Assembly (NCBI GenBank): GCA_050287085.1
Contig: JBNKBE010000008.1
Span: 64,008 to 128,007, forward strand
Source of the DNA: Polyangiaceae bacterium
Lineage (GTDB): Bacteria > Myxococcota_A > Polyangia > Polyangiales > Polyangiaceae
Direction of reading: 5' to 3'
DNA length: 64,000 bases
Part shown: piece after piece, positions 60,708 to 64,000 of the stretch
Layout: every line of letters starts with the position of its first letter
How positions within the stretch are numbered: position 1 is the first letter of the stretch
The notes under the pieces: model-generated
Told to the model about the DNA's origin: nothing
Seen by the model: only the letters and a program-made list of their open reading frames with translations
The model's database searches: none
Made by a program: the position numbers and the translations under genes

Positions 60708-62282
60708 ATGGAAGAGAGGGGGGAGCGCCTTGCGCTCATTGTGTGCGCTTGGGCAGCGGCGCTTCTGCCTGTCACGGGCGGCTGCAATAGGGCCGCCTAT
60801 GAGCCGGGAGATGCGGGCAGCTTGAACGCGGACGCGGGGGCGGGAGTGCGCGACGCGGGTCGTGAGCCGCCGGGGCGCGACGCCGCTCCGCCGGATGGGG
60901 CGGTTCCGAGAGCTGTCGAGATGGCGGGCCGTGACGCGGGAGTGCCCGAGAAGGTCTCCGTGGCGGATAGTGGTAGCGCCGTCGGCGCAGACGTTGCTCT
61001 GCGCGAGTTGGTTGTCGCCTACACGCTGGACGGTGAGGAGGACGATGAGCTGTGGCTCGCTCGCGTCAGGGAAGACGAAGAAAGCGCGTCGAGTGTGTTG
61101 CTCGGCCATCGCCCCTACATGGGGGCGGTGGTGCTCTCGGACGATCTGAGCCGCTTGGCGTACATCGCCAGCGAGAGCGAAGAGCCGGAATCCGGACTGG
61201 CTTTGTGGCTACTTCGTCAACCCGAGGAGCCCGAGTCTGCACCGGAGCGGGTTTCCCCGGTCGGGATCCCTCCAACCTACGTCTTTGACAACAATCTGGA
61301 GCACCTGGCGTATTGTGAGCTCGGCAATCCGTGTGGCGAGCTTGGTATCTACCGCGTAGCGCAGGCCGATACGCTGCGGGTTGCCGACGTTGGAGACGTG
61401 GAACTGGCCCCCAGCGGCGAGCTATTGGCCCTGACCGACGGGAACGAGCAGGTCCTGTCCTGGGTCGACTTGATGCAGCCCGAACCGGCACCTGTCGAGC
61501 TATATCGCACCGAAGGCGAGCGCCGACTGTGGTTTCCACGTGGCCGTATCGCCCTGCGCGCTCGCACCCTGCTGTTCATCGACCAACTCAGCTCCGAGCC
61601 GTATCGTTGGGAGGCATACGCGGTGTTTCTGCCCGATCCGACGCCCTGGCTGGTAGCTGCAGGGGAAAGCAAAACACTCGAAGCAACGCTGCGAGAGGAC
61701 GGCATGGCCGTCGCTTTCGAAGTCGAGGGCAGAGGAAGTGTTGTTCACCTGGGACCGGGGGTCGTGGGCGACGAAAGTCACTTGGCCGGGGTCGTGGACT
61801 TCCCACGCATGCGCGGCTTCAGCCAGTACCTGCCTTATACGCGGCCGGTGAGCGTGGGGCGTGCCGTGTTTGCTTGGGACTATGAGGCGGGGCTTTCTCG
61901 TCAGCTCCACGAGCAGGGGTGTGTCTTGAGCGGTGAAGGCTCAACGACGTATTCGCCCTTGGTGTATTCGTCCAATGAGCTGCAGGCGCCCGCTGCGTTG
62001 CACTGCAACGGCGTTTTCGGTTTTGTACGGTTTGATGAACCCGGCAGCTTTTCCCCGATCACCAGCCATTGCGCCCACTGCGTCCCGACCACTTTTGCTC
62101 CGGTTGGGGATAGCTTGTTTTTCGCGTGGTACAACGACAACGTGGAGAAGATTGCGTCACCGCACTACGTGGCGTTTCGCGGCGGCGGCGAGCCGATAGA
62201 AGTGATACCGGGAGGCATTTCGGTGCGCAACATCGCTCCAGTCATGATGCGGTGGCCGCTTGACGGTACTGCCGCTCGATGA
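60708..62282 (+). CDS. Putative lipoprotein with a TolB-like beta-propeller
   Basis: TGGC after a hydrophobic stretch, DAG linker, repeated LSDDLSRLAY / LAPSGELLAL / LREDGMAVAF / FAPVGDSLFF blade-like motifs. Confidence 0.65.
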   Translation: MEERGERLALIVCAWAAALLPVTGGCNRAAYEPGDAGSLNADAGAGVRDAGREPPGRDAAPPDGAVPRAVEMAGRDAGVPEKVSVADSGSAVGADVALRELVVAYTLDGEEDDELWLARVREDEESASSVLLGHRPYMGAVVLSDDLSRLAYIASESEEPESGLALWLLRQPEEPESAPERVSPVGIPPTYVFDNNLEHLAYCELGNPCGELGIYRVAQADTLRVADVGDVELAPSGELLALTDGNEQVLSWVDLMQPEPAPVELYRTEGERRLWFPRGRIALRARTLLFIDQLSSEPYRWEAYAVFLPDPTPWLVAAGESKTLEATLREDGMAVAFEVEGRGSVVHLGPGVVGDESHLAGVVDFPRMRGFSQYLPYTRPVSVGRAVFAWDYEAGLSRQLHEQGCVLSGEGSTTYSPLVYSSNELQAPAALHCNGVFGFVRFDEPGSFSPITSHCAHCVPTTFAPVGDSLFFAWYNDNVEKIASPHYVAFRGGGEPIEVIPGGISVRNIAPVMMRWPLDGTAAR

Positions 62283-62363
62283 ACAGCCTTCTGCCATCCA
62301 CGGAGGGAGCTACGCGTGTGGGGCGGTACCCTCTGGATACCGCCCCACACTTCCAACGGTCCT

Positions 62364-62810
62364 CTACATCGGAAGGCAAGCAACGCCGCCGGGGATAGGC
62401 GTGCAAACGGTGCCTTCGAGGCAGGTCACGGCGGCGCAGTCAGCGAGCCCGGCGTCAGGTGGGAAGCCGTCGACGGGGACGCAGTGGGCTTCGCCGTCGA
62501 TGATCTGGCAGTCGGTGCCTTCGATACAGGTCACGGCGGCGCAATCAGCGGGTCCGACGTCAGGCAGATCTATGCATTGAGCTTCGCCATCGACGACGCG
62601 GCAGACCGTGCCCTCCAAACAACTGACCGCGGCGCAGTCTGCTCCGGGGTCTTGCGGAAGGTCGTCGTCGCCCAGATCGCCATCACCTGGCAAGCCGGCG
62701 TCCTCGAAACCACCGATCGGGACGAGCTCCCGACTACATCCGCCTTTGGCACCAACAAGACTGGGCGTTGCGAGAAGGACTCCGAGCAGGGGGGCATACT
62801 TTCTCAACAT
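62364..62810 (-). CDS. Small exported protein with three Cys-rich repeats
   Basis: GGAG RBS, signal ending GAKGGC, 3 x DCAAVxCxEGTxC-x8-C. Confidence 0.8.
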   Translation of the reverse strand: MLRKYAPLLGVLLATPSLVGAKGGCSRELVPIGGFEDAGLPGDGDLGDDDLPQDPGADCAAVSCLEGTVCRVVDGEAQCIDLPDVGPADCAAVTCIEGTDCQIIDGEAHCVPVDGFPPDAGLADCAAVTCLEGTVCTPIPGGVACLPM

Positions 62811-63005
62811 GGGGCTCCTTGATTCGAGTTCGGGCCGTGCCGAACTCTTGTGTGGCGCGTCTGCTGACTGTGCAGCCGCTGCGTTTGTGATTGTCCACTG
62901 GTGCCCTCAGGGGCTGGTTTCTGTTGAAGAAAGCGGACGCTTGCAATTTCGAGTTTTCACCAGGTACCCGCGCCCGGCTCCCCGCCCTACTGCGCGGAGT
63001 TGAGC

Positions 63006-64000
63006 TCAGTCGGGCGTCGCGTTGTCCGGGCCCGCGCAGGAGCTTCTGACGCGAGGGGCCAGCGGCGATTGGCTTCCAATATTCTGAAATACAGCCGCAG
63101 CGGCGCGCGCCTCTTCGGTCCTGCCGAGGCGACACAACACCAGCACCTTCAGACCAGCCCTTTCGACGGCCACCACACTGCGAGGGAAGCGAAGCTCGTG
63201 GTCGCGCAGCAAGGACCAGGCGCCCGCTGCATCACCTCCGGAAAGCGCCTGCTGGGCCTGGGACAATCGCTTGATGTCCGCATGGGCAGCGCCTTCTTCT
63301 GGTTGTCCAGGCGAGCCTGGAGTCGCCGCTTTGGATGGTTGTGCCTTGGCTGGCATTGGGGGCGGTGGTGCCCCTCCGAGCTTGGGTTTTGCTCCGGAAT
63401 GGTGCGAGGGCAATGCGGGCGGCACTGGCTCGGGGGTGGTGACGCCCCGGAGGCCTTCGTCGCGGAGGTCTTCGTCGCGGAGGCCTTCGTCGCGGTGTGT
63501 GGAGTTGGACGCTGCCGCGGAGGCGACCCGTTTCAAGGTGAGGGCCCCGGACGCGTTCTCCGCTGAGCGAGTCGGCGCCACGGACGCGGACTTGGGGGCT
63601 TCAAGATCAAAGCTACTCCGGGCCCACTCGCGCACGCTCGGATTGGTAGCCACTACGGCTCCCCCAAGGCCAATGCCAATAACCCAAGCCGCGCCGCCTC
63701 CAAGCTTGCCCGCACCGAGCGCCAGCGCGCCTAGCGCGGTCTTGCCACTTCCAAGGCCGCCGAGGCCCACCGCGGCCTTGCCGCTCAGCCCGGCCGCGGC
63801 TTTGCCGCCGAGGCTGACCGCGGCTTTGCCGCCCAAGGCACCCGGGCCGCCGGCTGCCACCTTGGAGGCCAGATCTGCGCCCGCGCTCACGCCCGAGGGG
63901 AGCCCCATGCCGGCGGCTTTGGTGGCAGCAGCGCCCTGTCCGAGCTGGCTGGCTGCCGCCTGAGTGGTGGCCAGGGTTGCGGCTGCTTCAGCAAGCGCTA
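63006..64000 (-). CDS. Membrane-anchored protein with C-terminal TPR-like domain (myxobacterial anti-sigma-like), 5' end outside the window
   Basis: Frame open to the window edge; Gly/Ala-rich region, TM, Pro-rich linker with 3 x 15-bp repeat (63451-63495), AQQALSGGDA..RFP..ER..LCRLGR..SPLAPRVRSSC. Confidence 0.65.
   Translation of the reverse strand, partial: ALAEAAATLATTQAAASQLGQGAAATKAAGMGLPSGVSAGADLASKVAAGGPGALGGKAAVSLGGKAAAGLSGKAAVGLGGLGSGKTALGALALGAGKLGGGAAWVIGIGLGGAVVATNPSVREWARSSFDLEAPKSASVAPTRSAENASGALTLKRVASAAASNSTHRDEGLRDEDLRDEGLRGVTTPEPVPPALPSHHSGAKPKLGGAPPPPMPAKAQPSKAATPGSPGQPEEGAAHADIKRLSQAQQALSGGDAAGAWSLLRDHELRFPRSVVAVERAGLKVLVLCRLGRTEEARAAAAVFQNIGSQSPLAPRVRSSCAGPDNATPD

Overview
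High-GC chromosomal region that reads as Myxococcota (most likely Polyangia; inferred from the protein families, not from a marker gene). Most of it is core genome: mreBCD-mrdA-rodA, a SWIM-SNF2 helicase, clpS-clpA, a 2-oxoacid:ferredoxin oxidoreductase, queA-tgt, RNase P RNA (rnpB, minus strand, ~40723-41085), an RpoH-family sigma factor, xerC, a class I DAHP synthase and a stand-alone EF-G paralogue. I found no prophage, IS element, CRISPR array, tRNA or rRNA. The most unusual part is 15.5-23.1 kb. Two complete TolQ-TolR-TolR proton-motor triplets are transcribed divergently, one clearly AglRQS-like. The 1.06 kb between them carries three 25-bp-phased palindromes and compound tandem repeats. 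The left triplet is followed by a membrane-pyrophosphatase-like protein that has lost its catalytic motifs. Other items worth a look: a 46-aa basic ORF missing from the ORF track with its own terminator-like hairpin, a tandem pseudo-histidine kinase paired with an intact receiver gene, a transpeptidase-only PBP lipoprotein, and many slightly diverged 13-19 bp tandem duplications. All homology calls were made by eye from motifs; no searches were run.
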